From: Octopus bimaculoides
Taxonomy: Eukaryota
Reading direction: 5' to 3'
Length of the DNA stretch: 63,310 bases
Assembly: GCF_001194135.2 (NCBI RefSeq)
Contig: NC_068984.1
Coordinates: 114,381,548-114,444,857 of the forward strand
The position numbers and the translations under genes are program-made. This document shows positions 1 to 11,309 of the stretch, piece after piece. The notes under the pieces are model-generated. The model did no database searches, had not been told where the DNA came from, and saw only the letters and a list, made by a program, of their open reading frames with translations. Every line of letters starts with the position of its first letter. Position 1 is the stretch's first letter.

Positions 1-22
1 GCACGCGCACACATGGCGGTGG
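1..22 (+). promoter_or_regulatory. Possible TSS-proximal CpG / YY1-like motif (gcacgcgcac acATGGCGGt)
   Basis: ATGGCGG core resembles the YY1 initiator motif; local CpGs in an otherwise CpG-poor window. Motif match only. Confidence 0.2.
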
Positions 23-28
23 GCAACT

Positions 29-91
29 ATGTATAAGATTCTGAAAATTACTGCTACATTACAAATCAGGCTGATGAGGAATAGACAAATG
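29..91 (+). CDS. NEK11: Putative first coding exon of NEK11-like kinase (MYKILKITATLQIRLMRNRQM)
   Basis: ATG at 29 opens a stop-free frame ending at a strong donor ATG|GTAAGA (92). Phase 0 joins the AG at 5348 to give ...RQM-VLKKIYL. No homology support and no Gly loop; an in-frame alternative ATG lies at 74. Confidence 0.45.
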
Positions 92-128
92 GTAAGAATT
101 TGTTAAATCCGAAACCTGGTTCCTGTTT
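63..128 (+). ncRNA. Minimal type-I hammerhead ribozyme, core intact
   Basis: CUGAUGA 71-77; helix II 78-90/98-110 (11 of 13 pairs, G78-C110 closing); GAAA 111-114; quasi-palindromic helix III ACC(U)GGU 114-120; triplet GUU 119-121; helix I CAGG 67-70/CCUG 122-125, extendable by AAA/UUU. Confidence 0.65.
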
Positions 129-429
129 AATAATGATTTTTTTAGGTGATTTTAAATGTCTTGCCTGCTCACGTTTTTGGTATGCTGCTATATTTCATGT
201 TGAGAACTTTTTAGGTCTTAATAGACACAAAATGTGATCTATTTCTAGCGCATTAATTGTCCACGTTAGTGGTCAACGTTATTTTTAAAATGTACCTTAA
301 TCCCTGAGATTGCAGATAATATTTCTGAATCTCTTTGATTCTTTAAATGTGCTGGCCCCCTGATAATTAATCGATATTAATTAATATATTAATATATGAA
401 TAATTACCAGATCTTATAATAATATTTAC

Positions 430-860
430 CCATTATATATATATATATATATATAAACATTTTCAGAATGAGATAAAAAACCAAGGCTGTGAAAGATTTC
501 AGAGCATTTATAAAGAGAAGGTCTTACAGCTGTTTCCGGGATATTTTATATATCCCTTCATCGGAGATGGTGTAAGAAAATGGTTAAGTAACAGTTATTC
601 TAGATAAGATATGAAATAGAGAGTGAAATAGAGGAATGAAAATAGACATGAGATATGCAGGGATATTGCATCTGTAGATCCAATATTTAGGTAGAATGGT
701 ATACGTATGAGATTCCAGTACCTTGTGAGTAAGTTCCAATTGTTTTTAAAATTGGTCATTCCAAGTATAGAGTTTGTACACAGTGTTATTGATATTGAAT
801 CCAGGGTTTTATTTAAAGTGACTTAAAAGTTGGGAATGTATTTGTAAGGTCAAATCGAAA
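430..860 (-). mobile_element. Decayed Penelope-like element 3' fragment carrying an HHR-like motif
   Basis: HHR-like motif at 522-567 on the minus strand; the upstream minus-strand sequence translates to decayed ORF-like text. Confidence 0.35.
522..567 (-). ncRNA. Degenerate minimal hammerhead ribozyme
   Basis: Minus strand reads TCT CCGATGA A GGGATAT ataaa ATATCCC G GAAA CAGCTG TA AGA. It has a 7-bp helix II, palindromic ACAGCTGT helix III and a GUA triplet, but a U4>C core change and only a 3-bp helix I. Confidence 0.5.
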
Positions 861-1962
861 ACAGGAAGAGAGGAACAAAGAAAAGAAAAAAGAAAAGAAG
901 AAAAACAGAGAGAGAGATAATAAAGTGATGAAGAGAGGGAAAATGAACTGGTTAGGGGTCAGTCAAGATATATTGATAGAAGGTATGGGGAGGTGAGGGT
1001 GATAGAGAGAGAAAGATATGAGGATGCAAAAGATGATAGGGTAAAGAGTAAAGGAGTGGCAGAGAGAAGGAATGGGGGGGGGTGATGGGTGATAGAGAGA
1101 GAGAGGTATGAGAGTATAATGAGTAAAGGAGCGTCAGGTATGTAGTGATAGAGCCTAAGTGAAGGGCAGAGAGAGGGGGTAGGGTTAGTAAAATGGTGGA
1201 ATGAAGAATTTGGGAATATAGGTTAGGTTGGTTAGAGGACAGGTCAGTGCTTAGTAGTAGAAGAATATATATATGTGAAGATGTATACACATGCATGTAT
1301 TAAACATGTATATAGATATTTATACATATCAACACCTACACATACAACACGTACTTGTATGTATATGTACATATGTACACCCATAAATATGTGTATCTGT
1401 ATGTATTATTGCCCCTGCACATGCAGATATATATACCTTACATACACACACACATACACACGCATATACGTATGCACACAATTAAATGGTTCAGAATTGT
1501 AACCCCCCCCCCCAAAAAAAAACCCCAGCAGGTAGAGACAGGTATGTGTGTGTTTGCATCCCCTTACCTTGACATCATGTGATGGTTTTAAATAGGCATC
1601 ACTGTCATACAGATGATACTGTTACCTAGTAAGTTAATCCTTTCTCAAACACACGCAATTTATAGGTTGGTACTCAATTCTGGATTCTGTAGAATCAAAC
1701 AGACATGAGAGAAATTCTCCCTTATAAGATGGTCTATCATAGGCAGCTTTTACCAAAAATTTGATATCTCTTCTCAGAAGTCAAATGAACTTCAGCAACT
1801 TGAAATAACTTAGTTGGAGACAATGAACCACTTGGTGAATTTGGACCCTAACATGTAAGCTTATAATCCACTTGATAAGGCACTGGCATGGCTGTGTAGT
1901 TAAGAAGTTCACTATCTAATAACATGAAAAATTTGCAAGCAGGTTACTATCAAAAAGTTTTA

Positions 1963-2164
1963 CCCTTTAGCACTTACACTGCCCATATCTGGCCCAAATA
2001 TTTTACCTGTTTTATGTTCAATTGGCCTCTCACACTTACTGTACAATGTCATTATAATCACATCATTGAAATCCCGAAGCTACAAGATAAAACATGATTA
2101 ATTCAAAACAATATGAATAAATAAGCATTACATTGATAGAGTAATCTGAGTGCTAAAAGGTTAA
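1963..2164. mobile_element. TTAA-type MITE (family A, ~200 bp)
   Basis: Termini ttaccctttagcac...tgctaaaagggttaa; same body as copies at ~48710-48927 and 58520-58743. Confidence 0.6.
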
Positions 2165-3126
2165 AAATGTTGAATGTAAGTTGTTGGGGTGGGGTACCTT
2201 TGGATCAAGAAGTGACACAAGATTTCCTTTCTATTCAAGGAGCAGTGAGGAGCTTGGGAAAGACAGAAGCAGTTTGAGAATGAGAGGAAATGAGTGAAAG
2301 TTGTATAATTTGTTGAAGTGGTAGAACTGATATGAAGACTGGTAGGAAAAGAGGCCTATTTTTTTATCTGTATATGTGATGTGGTGAGGCTCTGTCTGTG
2401 GTCTGGGCTCAGCTATGAGTCCACTTGATTGTGGACTCATAATAACCATGCACAAGGAAAAATTGCTACATCTCTTCAGATTTGTTCCCCTCCTTATGCT
2501 TCCATATTCTTTCTCTTTTAGTTTTATTTCTCTCACCCTACTCTTTGTACATCTATTTGGTAACATGAGAAAACATCACTTTCTGACAAAAGATACTGTT
2601 AAAAATTTTGAACTTGTTTTTTTATGATGAAGCAATTTATAAACTTTTGAACCTTTAATATATACAGTTGAATTTCGATTTATGAATGCCTTTCATCACA
2701 AAAAAAAAATTGATTTACAAACAATTTTTCAAACATAAAACATCTTGGGTGATGAACATGCAAGCTGGCAACAATGGTTGACATCAAGTTGGGAGTATCA
2801 GGTTGACATCAAACAGCAGAGCATCGGGTGCTATCTAGGTTTCACTCAGTGCACATTCCTGCTCAAATTCACTGTGCCTTCTTTTGAATTTTCGATAGGA
2901 AAAATAGTTTTGGTTTAAAAACATTTTGGGTGACAAACAGCCTTCAGAAACAAATTAAATTTGGAAACTGAGGTTCTACTGCATGCATGTGTGTTCCTTG
3001 TCCTTGGCCAAAAAATAAACCTAAACATTCCTCTTATTGTGCATTCTTATATATACTTGATACATTAACACATACGCGAATAAGAAGCAGACTTACAGAT
3101 ACAAATGTTGAGTATATGTCTTTCGG

Positions 3127-3158
<32 letters not shown>

Positions 3159-3539
3159 GAAGATCCAGGATGACATGGGATGAAGTAGTGAAAAATTACC
3201 TTCAGATCTTGAGTCTCACTGAGGAGTTGACAAAGAGCTGAGATGGTTGGTGATTTGTTGTGCTTGAGAAAACCTGTTCATGTAAGTAAAATTGAGACCC
3301 TAAAGGCATATCATTTATGTCTCTGCCCCTGCGCACAATTTGTCCCTGACAAATCTCTCCCCCAACACTCATCTTCCTAACACACCTTCAGTCCTCTTCC
3401 CTTTATCTCCCACTCTCCTTTTGGGCTCCCACGAACTTAATTGCACTCAGTCTGTCTTTAATAAATATCTCCTCTACACTCATCTTGCTAACACCCACTC
3501 CTTCCATCACTTATATATACCTCCCTGTCACATTTGGGT

Positions 3540-3639
<100 letters not shown>

Positions 3640-4077
3640 TTGGATAGCCATATATCTCCACTTCTGCAAGATACCTATTTCTGTCACTCTACTCATACTC
3701 TAAACTTTCATTGCCTGGCTCAAGGCCACCTCCCTCAATTCTACTCTTCACTCAGTTGAGTGACCTTGTCTAGCAAGTTAATAGGTAACCTTGCTGTTGC
3801 TGGTTCTGGTACCATGTAATATATACTCAGTGCACTCTGTAAAGTGATTGGTGTTAGGAAGGGCATCCAGAAAAAGCAGACAGTAGAGTTTGGTGCAGTC
3901 GTCTGACTTGGCAGGTCATATCAAACCATGCAAGCAAAAAAAGTGAACATTAAATAATGATGATGATGATTGTTAGTGTGTATGTATGTATGTATGTATG
4001 TATGCATGTATGTATGTATGTGTGTGTGAGTATACACACAACTGTTTGTATATTGACATGTGCTCTGTTAGACATAT

Positions 4078-4935
4078 TAGGTGGTATCAAAAAGTTCCCA
4101 AACTAGTTCTGTAGCATACCAACAGATGGCAGCACATGGTTGCATGCAAAGTAAGAGCTAGCAGTGACCTTCGTGAGGCAGTGTGCCAAGTGACGTTGCT
4201 GTGCTTACTTCACAAATTGTGAAATTTGTGTTCTTGTGCTCATGTGTATGTGGTAGTCTGCAATTTTATCCTGGACAGGAAGTTGGAACAAAGAGCCAAC
4301 ATGAAATTTTGTGTTAAACTCAGGAAGTCTGCTACAGAGGCATTGAGCATGCTTTGGCAAGTTTACGGCAACAAGGCAATGGTTTGTATGCAATGTTTTG
4401 TGTGGGGCAGATGTTTCAAAAGGCATGATTGATCTGCAGCTCAATCAAGAGCATTTTGTTTTTTTTGTTTCATCCACAATATTGTACATCAACAATTCAT
4501 CCTGCAAAGCCAGACCATCAATTGAAAATTCTACTGTGACATTTTGAAGCATCTGAGGGAGGACAATCGATAAAAGCAACTGGATCAGTGAAGCATGAAG
4601 AATTGGATTCTTCCTGACAACAATGCATCCTGTCTCTGAGCTCTCCTTCCTCACGAGTTTCTCACCAAAAATAACTTGGTATCACTTCCACACCCACCCT
4701 ATTCACTAGATGTAGCACCTATGTTCTTCCATCTCTTCCCCGAGATGAAAAGGGAGCTCAAATGTTGCCGTTTTAGCACCATTGTCAAAATCAAGAGCAA
4801 ATCACAGAAGGTCCTTGACTTGCTAACAGATAACAACTTCCAGGCCAGATTCCAAAAGTGGAATGCTGGGACCAGTGTATTGCTGTACAAGGTGGTTATT
4901 TTCAAAGGAAATGATGTTAAAACTTAGGTATTAAC
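4078..4935 (+). mobile_element. Mariner-family DNA transposon remnant (deleted, frameshifted transposase)
   Basis: 5' end aggtggtatcaaaaagttccc. ORFs contain EQRANMKFCVKLRKSATE (HTH), WILPDNNA and LPHPPYSLDVAP (YSPDLAP motif). Confidence 0.8.
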
Positions 4936-4994
4936 GTCAGCGTCTTATGAAGCTAAATTTATAAGTTCTAAAATTGCAGAAGAATTCATTACTG

Positions 4995-5067
4995 GGCAGT
5001 TTAGCTTAATGGTAAAGCACTTGACGCGTAATCACAGGGATGTGAGTTCGAGTCTCATGGCTGGCCA
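4995..5067 (+). pseudogene. tRNA-Thr(CGT)-like sequence, probably a pseudogene or solo SINE head
   Basis: Perfect D stem GCTT/AAGC; T arm GTGAG-TTCGAGT-CTCAT; acceptor stem 6 of 7 pairs; anticodon loop CGCGTAA (U33>G) with a bulged stem; T5 run at 5076-5080. Confidence 0.55.
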
Positions 5068-5338
5068 GTAGCATATTTTTCTGCAATGTATGGATAATTT
5101 ATCCTGATCATGCTATTTATTAGCATTATCACGCGTTTGAGAATAATAAAAAATTATTTCTCTATCTTTCAATACATCTCAATGCTTCTAAAACAAACCT
5201 TGTTTGTTTACTTTCATCATTAGGTAAATAAGTTATTTTTATTAAACATAACTAGTTTAGGAACCTTTTGATATTACCTCATGCTTTATGAATGTTTAAA
5301 TCAAACTCAAGCTTATCTAAAAATTTTTTCATTTATAG

Positions 5339-5510
5339 TTCCCAAAAGGTTCTAAAAAAAATTTATCTCAATGAAAAAAAACCCAAAGAAACTGATGCTG
5401 CTGAACAGGAAGCAGCCTTGTTATCACAGCTCTCAAATCCAAACATTCTGAAGTTCCTAGACAAATTAATTGATGATGAATGTTTCTGTATAATCACTGA
5501 ATATTGCGAA
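5339..5510 (+). CDS. NEK11: NEK11-like exon, kinase subdomains II-V (SQKVLKKIYL...EQEAALLSQLSNPNILKF...CIITEYCE)
   Basis: Aligns by eye with NEK11 KVLKEIS...LEAQLLSKLDHPAIVKF...FCIITEYCE. Acceptor tag at 5338 (phase 2) or aag at 5348 (phase 0); donor GTAAGT at 5511. Confidence 0.93.
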
Positions 5511-5603
5511 GTAAGTAGATGTTAGTAATTGAATTTAAACACCATTTGAACTCTTCTGTTGATAATTATGCCTTATTTATTCCCTTCTTACTTTCAGAAT
5601 TGT

Positions 5604-5985
5604 GGAGGCGCAAATGGCCCAGTGGTTAGGGCAGTGGACTCACGGTCATTGGATCGCGGTTTCAATTCCCAGACTGGGCGTTGTGAGTGTTTATTGAGTG
5701 AAAACACCTAAAGCTCCACGAGGCTCCGGCAGGGGATGGTGGCGAACCCTACTGTACTCTTTCACCACCACTTTCTCTCACTCTTACTTCCTGTTTCTGT
5801 TGTGCCTGTATTTCAAAGGGTCAGCCTTGTCACGCTGTCACGCTGAATATCCCTGACAACTACGTTAAGGGTACACGTGTCTGTGGAGTGCTCAGCCACT
5901 TGCACGTTAATTTCACGAGCAGGCTGTTCCGTTGATCGGATCAACTGGAACCCTCGACATCGTAAGCGACGGAGTGCCAACAACA
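5604..5985 (+). mobile_element. Full-length tRNA-derived SINE with 14-bp target-site duplication
   Basis: A/B-box head, (CAA)n tail, TSD actttcagaattgt at 5590-5603 and 5986-5999. A second copy lies at 42344-42810 (minus). Confidence 0.9.
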
Positions 5986-6647
5986 ACTTTCAGAATTGTA
6001 CTTGTTTATCAGAGAATTAAATCTGAAATCAAATGTTAAAACTGAAATGGTTTCATTGTTGTTGAGTTTTGCTCAGATCATCTCACTGCTTTCCTTTGGC
6101 AAAGAAGAACAGGTGGCCATTATGAGAAAGATTGTGAAATTGACCAGATTGAAAGGGCTGAAAACAGACTCCCTTCTCTTTGGCCAAGCACTTATCTACT
6201 TTTTCAAATTTTGCTTGAAAAAGAAAGTGAGAGTGGAGAGGGAAGTGTTCCCTTCCAGCAAATTTGTGGAAAGGTGTGGAAAGTGCTAAGGTTGATCTGA
6301 ATAAATGGGCCTACTCTGAGCATGTGCCTGTAGATTGAAGGAAGAGGATGAGGAGAGGGCACTTGCCCTAGTAATCCGGGTATTCATGGTTTTGTGGGGT
6401 TTCCGCAAGCAGCCCTTAGAAGTCTCCATTCTGCTAGGAATTTTTTCTTGTTTGATTTGTTTTGTTATTTTACTGTTTACTTACCTTTCTGTAACTTCAC
6501 ATTATATCATACTGTATCATCCTATATCTTTTAAAATCTGTTTGTAAACCTTTAGTGGTTTATGAAGTAATTGTTGTTGTTGTTGTTGTCATCAGAATCA
6601 TTAGTGTGTCAGACAAAATGCTTTGTGTTATTTACTCTGGCTCTTCA

Positions 6648-6689
<42 letters not shown>

Positions 6690-6691
<2 letters not shown>

Positions 6692-7305
6692 AGTGTTACT
6701 CATATAGTAAGTGAATGTAGCATGCTGGCACAGAAAGAATACAAGAAAAGACATGACAATCTAGGGAGAGCAATCCACTGGGAACTTTGTAGAAAGCTAG
6801 GATTTGACCATACTGATAAACGGTATGAACATAACCTAGTAAAGTACGAGAAAGTAAGAAATACAAGATGTTGTGGCACTTTAACATTCAGAGTGACAGA
6901 GTAATAGAAGCTAGAAGGCCGGATTTAGTAGTAGTAGATAAAGAGAATAGAAAGTGCCTGAGAATTGACTTTACAGTCCCAAATGATGAAAAAATTAATA
7001 TGATAGGTATAGAACAAGTAGCAAAGTACCAGGACCTAGCCATTGATTTACAAAGACTATGGAAAGTGCAGGTAAAATGTATCCCAGTAGTTATAGGTGC
7101 ATTGAGAACTATCCCTAGAGATCTGAACAGATGGATAGAGGAAATAGGTATAAAACCCAGTTTAGTACAGCTCCAGGAAACAGAGTTATTAGGGACAGCT
7201 AGGATACTTAGGAGTGTTCTTGGCAACTAAGGTTACTTGCTGTAACCTGATGTTAAGATTTTTTTTCTTTTCCAACAGTCTAATCTGTTGAGTGTGTATG
7301 AAACT
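6690..7305 (+). mobile_element. 3' end of an R4/Dong-like non-LTR retrotransposon (CCHC knuckle plus restriction-like endonuclease)
   Basis: HIVSECSMLAQKEYKKRHD and RRPDLVVVDK...IDFTVP motifs across one frameshift; preceded by (TAG)n and ends in (TAA)n. Confidence 0.85.
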
Positions 7306-7319
7306 AATAATAATATTTT

Positions 7320-9420
7320 AAAAGGATTAGCATAACTTCTCGCAAAAGTAAATAGACAATACAAAGAGTACAGTGTGATTGCAATAGATATTTTATTGGT
7401 TTGTATGATTTTTCAACAACTTGCCTGTCTTTATCAAGTTCAAAATGAAAAGCGATACATAGAAATTCAAAATTATAGAAATTCAAAATTATAGAAATTC
7501 AAAATTATAGAAATTCAAATTATAGAAATTCAAATTCAAAAGTTTGAATGAGGAGATACTGCATTCCCACTTTGAGGGAACGACATCATCAGTCTTTGAT
7601 TTTCAATTTCCCAACTGGCAAAAAGAAAAAGAAAGAAAAAAATAGAAAAAGAAAAGATTTCTACTCCCTGTCACAAAAAGATCAAGTTCCTATATTCAGG
7701 ATACTTTTGATTTTGTGTCTAAATCAACAATTTTTTTAAACACTGAAGCAATGTCGAGAACTGTTTTTTGGTAACCATGGATGTTTCTTCCTTATATCTC
7801 AATATTGACCATGATGAAGGGGTAGAAGCATGCATGAATGCCTTCAAAAAAGGATCAAACAAAAGTATTCCATCTAATTTTCTCTGTAGGCTATTGAGGT
7901 TTGTGTTACAAAGTAACAGAATGAAGTTTGGACAAAAATTTACCACCAGATGAGGGGTTGCACCATGGGTACCTCTATGGCAGTTAATTTTGCTAATGTT
8001 TTCATGACGAAATTCGAGACACAGTTACTGAAGACATCCAAATCCTTACATGGTCATAAACCAATACTCTGATTACAGTTCATTGATGACATCTTTTTTG
8101 TCTGGGATGGATTTCAGAATAGTTTAATTGACTTGTTGCATTTCTGTGACTATTATGCTGAAAACTATGGCTTTAAGTTCAACATAAAATTTATGTCTAG
8201 TTTTTCAAAAACTAGCGTTGAATTTTTGGACACAAAAGTTAAGTTTTCTGGAGGCAGAATAGTGACAGAATTATTTTGCAAGTCCACGTCCTTCCATTTT
8301 ATAATTCAGTCAAATCCCAAATCCCAATTTTTGAGGATAAAATGAATTTGTACTGATATAGGGGATTACTGGAAACATGCAAATGCTTTTGTATTCCATT
8401 ATGTCAAACACGATTACAATGAATCATGATTAAAGGAAATTGCAAATGACATAGCTAATATTAGCAAGGAAAGCCATGCATAATTTTAGCAAACAAAGTA
8501 AAATATGTGACAGAATTCCTTTAGTGATTAACTGGGACCAAAATCTTGCTGACATTTCAAAAGTGTTACATGAAAGTTACCAGCATTTTTCAGAAAAATA
8601 TCCTCGTTTCAAACAACTGCCTATTGTATCCTTTAATTGAAATAAAAATATAAGAAAACTATTAACCGCTACTTCTGAGTCCAAGAAAGCTAACATTGGT
8701 GTTTCTTCTCACTGTACCTTGAATGGCAACTGCATGAGAAGTAAGCCCTGTTCATTGTGCAACAACATGAGTCAAGTCAATTCTATCCAGAATCATAACA
8801 GAAATGTTATGATTTATACAGAAGGTGGGATGTGTAGAGATTCCCATTTGGTGTACACAGCAGAATGCACCAAACACAACTTGATTTATGTTTGTTGTAC
8901 AACAGAATAATTAAACTAAAGATTCAATGGGCACAGATATGATGTCAGGCACAATAATAATAGTTCGACAGAACTTGTCAAACATTTTATATCAAACGGC
9001 TGCAATTTTGAAAAAGACTTGAAAGTACATATTCTCAGAAAATATTCTGAATCTGCTACACTTTTAGTCCTCAAAATGCCTGAAGAAAAATATGTTTGTG
9101 AATTATTAACATCACACTGTGGAGGAATGAACAAAATAACCGGGGAATTTCATCATATTTACACGAAACTGTTTTATTAAATATTCTTCTTCTTTTCTCC
9201 TTTCTTTTTTCTTCCTTTTTCTTTTTGCCAGTTGTAAAATTGAAGACAGATGATGTCATTCCATCAAAGTGGGAACACAGGATACCCTCGTTCAGACTTT
9301 TGAATTTGAATTTCTATGTATCACTTTTCATTTTGAACTTGACAAAGACAGGCAAGCTGTTGAAATATCATTCAAACTAATAAAATATCTATTGCAATTG
9401 CATTGTGCTCTTCATATTGT
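7320..9420 (+). mobile_element. Penelope-like element: decayed RT plus GIY-YIG endonuclease, flanked by inverted terminal copies
   Basis: RT motifs DVSSLYLNID, G.AMG.S.AVNFANVFM, FIDDIF, FLDTKV; CMRSKPCSLC zinc motif and LVY...C...LIYV GIY-YIG-like region. Segment ~7330-7640 is the reverse complement of ~9190-9420. Confidence 0.85.
7459..7536. repeat. 15-16 bp tandem repeat (atagaaattcaaaatt) x5
   Basis: Read directly; an expansion inside the left PLE terminal copy that is absent from the right copy. Confidence 0.9.
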
Positions 9421-9577
9421 TTAATAAAAATAATAATCCTTTCTACTAAAGGAAGAAAGCCTGAAATTTGGGGGGAGGGGTTAGTCGATTATATCAACCC
9501 CAGTATGTAACTGGTACATATTTTATAGATCTCAAAAGGATGAAAGGCAAAGTCGACCTCGGCAGAATTTGAACTCA

Positions 9578-9655
9578 ATATAATAATAATAATAATTATT
9601 ATTATTATTATTGTTATTATTATTATTATTATTGTTATTATTATTGTTATTATTA

Positions 9656-9719
<64 letters not shown>

Positions 9720-9735
9720 CATTATCATCATAATT
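9578..9735. repeat. (TAA/TTA)n microsatellite between oppositely oriented SINEs
   Basis: Direct sequence. Many similar (TA)n, (CA)n, (TAG)n, (GAT)n and (TATG)n tracts occur throughout the window. Confidence 0.95.
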
Positions 9736-9884
9736 AAGGCAGCACTCTGCAGAATCGTTAGCATGCCAGGCAAAATGCTTAGCAGTATTTCGTCAGACTT
9801 AATGTTCTGAGTTCAAATTCTGCTGGGGTCAGTATAACTGACTTATTCCCTCCCTTGCGTCTACTGGTCATGTGCCAAAATTCG

Positions 9885-9961
<77 letters not shown>

Positions 9962-10116
9962 TCATTCTTTAGGGGTTCAATAAAATAAGTACAAGTTGAG
10001 CACTGGGATTGATGTAATTAACCTACTTCCACCCCAAAATTGCTGGCATTGTGCCAAAACTTGAAACCATTATTATTATTATTATTATTGACAACTTCTC
10101 AATTTAATCGCTATAG

Positions 10117-10265
10117 GGTGGAGATCTGGATCAATATATTGAAAAATGTGTGAGGGCTAAAAGCACAATAAGTATAAAACAGACACTAGATTGGTTTATT
10201 CAGATACTGCTGGGAGTCAACTATATACATTCACAGCATATATTACACCGAGACTTAAAGTCAAG
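10117..10265 (+). CDS. NEK11: NEK11-like exon, subdomains V-VIb (GGDLDQYIEKC...DWFIQILLGVNYIHSQHILHRDLKSR)
   Basis: tatag acceptor, AG|GTAAG donor at 10266, catalytic HRDLK; phase 0 in, phase 2 out. Not in the supplied ORF track in this frame. Confidence 0.96.
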
Positions 10266-10376
10266 GTAAGACCTTTTTTTTTTCCTGTTATTTTGCTTTG
10301 TTTAACATGCCAACATAGGTTAAATGTTACACATACACAAATGCAAGCATACACACACACTCATACACATGTATTC

Positions 10377-10422
<46 letters not shown>

Positions 10423-10593
10423 TCACTCATATCATTATCATCATCATCATCTTCTTCGTTGTGATGCATGTGCCTGGTGTACCCTTATCAGACGAGTAGT
10501 CATGATGGGTATATTGGGCTTCGTATAATTTACCCCAGTGTCACTTTGATGGTATGCACTACTCTCTCATTCAATAATAATGACAATAGTCAT

Positions 10594-10806
10594 AATCCCT
10601 TCTACTATAGAGACAAGGCCTGAAATTTGTGGAGTGGGGATATGTTGATCACATCGATCCCCTTACTTGACTGGTACTTAATTTATTGACCCTGAAAGGA
10701 TGAGAAGCAAAGTCAAACTCGGTGGAATTTGAACTCAGACTGTAAGACAGATGAAACGCCACTGAGCATTTTGCCTGGTGTGCTAATGATTCTGCCAGCT
10801 CGCTAC
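10594..10806 (-). mobile_element. tRNA-derived SINE (family with tttcatcctttcggggtcgataaattaagtaccag core and (TAA)n tail)
   Basis: Reverse complement of the intact plus copy at ~11659-11877. Other copies at ~9436-9577, 9736-9885, 9960-10072, 12333-12555, 14833-14935, 33800-33942, 35038-35260, 46140-46310, 47510-47715 and 50505-50690. Confidence 0.85.
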
Positions 10807-10825
10807 CTTAATAATAATAATAATA

Positions 10826-10874
<49 letters not shown>

Positions 10875-11247
10875 TGCTGAGACCCCCTTCAGTCATGACT
10901 GACCATGGGATTGCACCTAGAAATTTACCCTCCCAGGCACAAGTCTGGGCAAGGTTGTTTATGGAAGACCAGCAGTCGCCCATGCATACCGGCCTCCCCT
11001 CTCCACGCCACCAGTATTAATCCAAGGGAAAGGCAAAGGCCGATACAGCTTGGCACCTGTGACGTCATAACTCATTTCTACAGCTGAGTGAACTGGAGCA
11101 ACATGAAATAAAGTGTCTTGCTCAAGAACACAACACGCAGCCTGATCCGGGATTCGAACTCACAACCTCACGATCGTAAGCTCAACGCTCTAACCACTGA
11201 GTCATGTGCCTTCACAACAACAACAATAGTAATAATAATAATAATAA

Positions 11248-11309
<62 letters not shown>

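Noticed and set aside
1778-1854. Pseudo-exon with good splice sites (ctcag...CAT|GTAAG)
   Set aside because: Stops in all three frames and no homology; at most a poison or non-coding exon, with no evidence.
2187-2204. GWGTFG in one frame looks like a kinase Gly-rich loop
   Set aside because: Followed by SRSDTR rather than a hydrophobic beta2 strand, has no credible acceptor, and abuts a MITE terminus.
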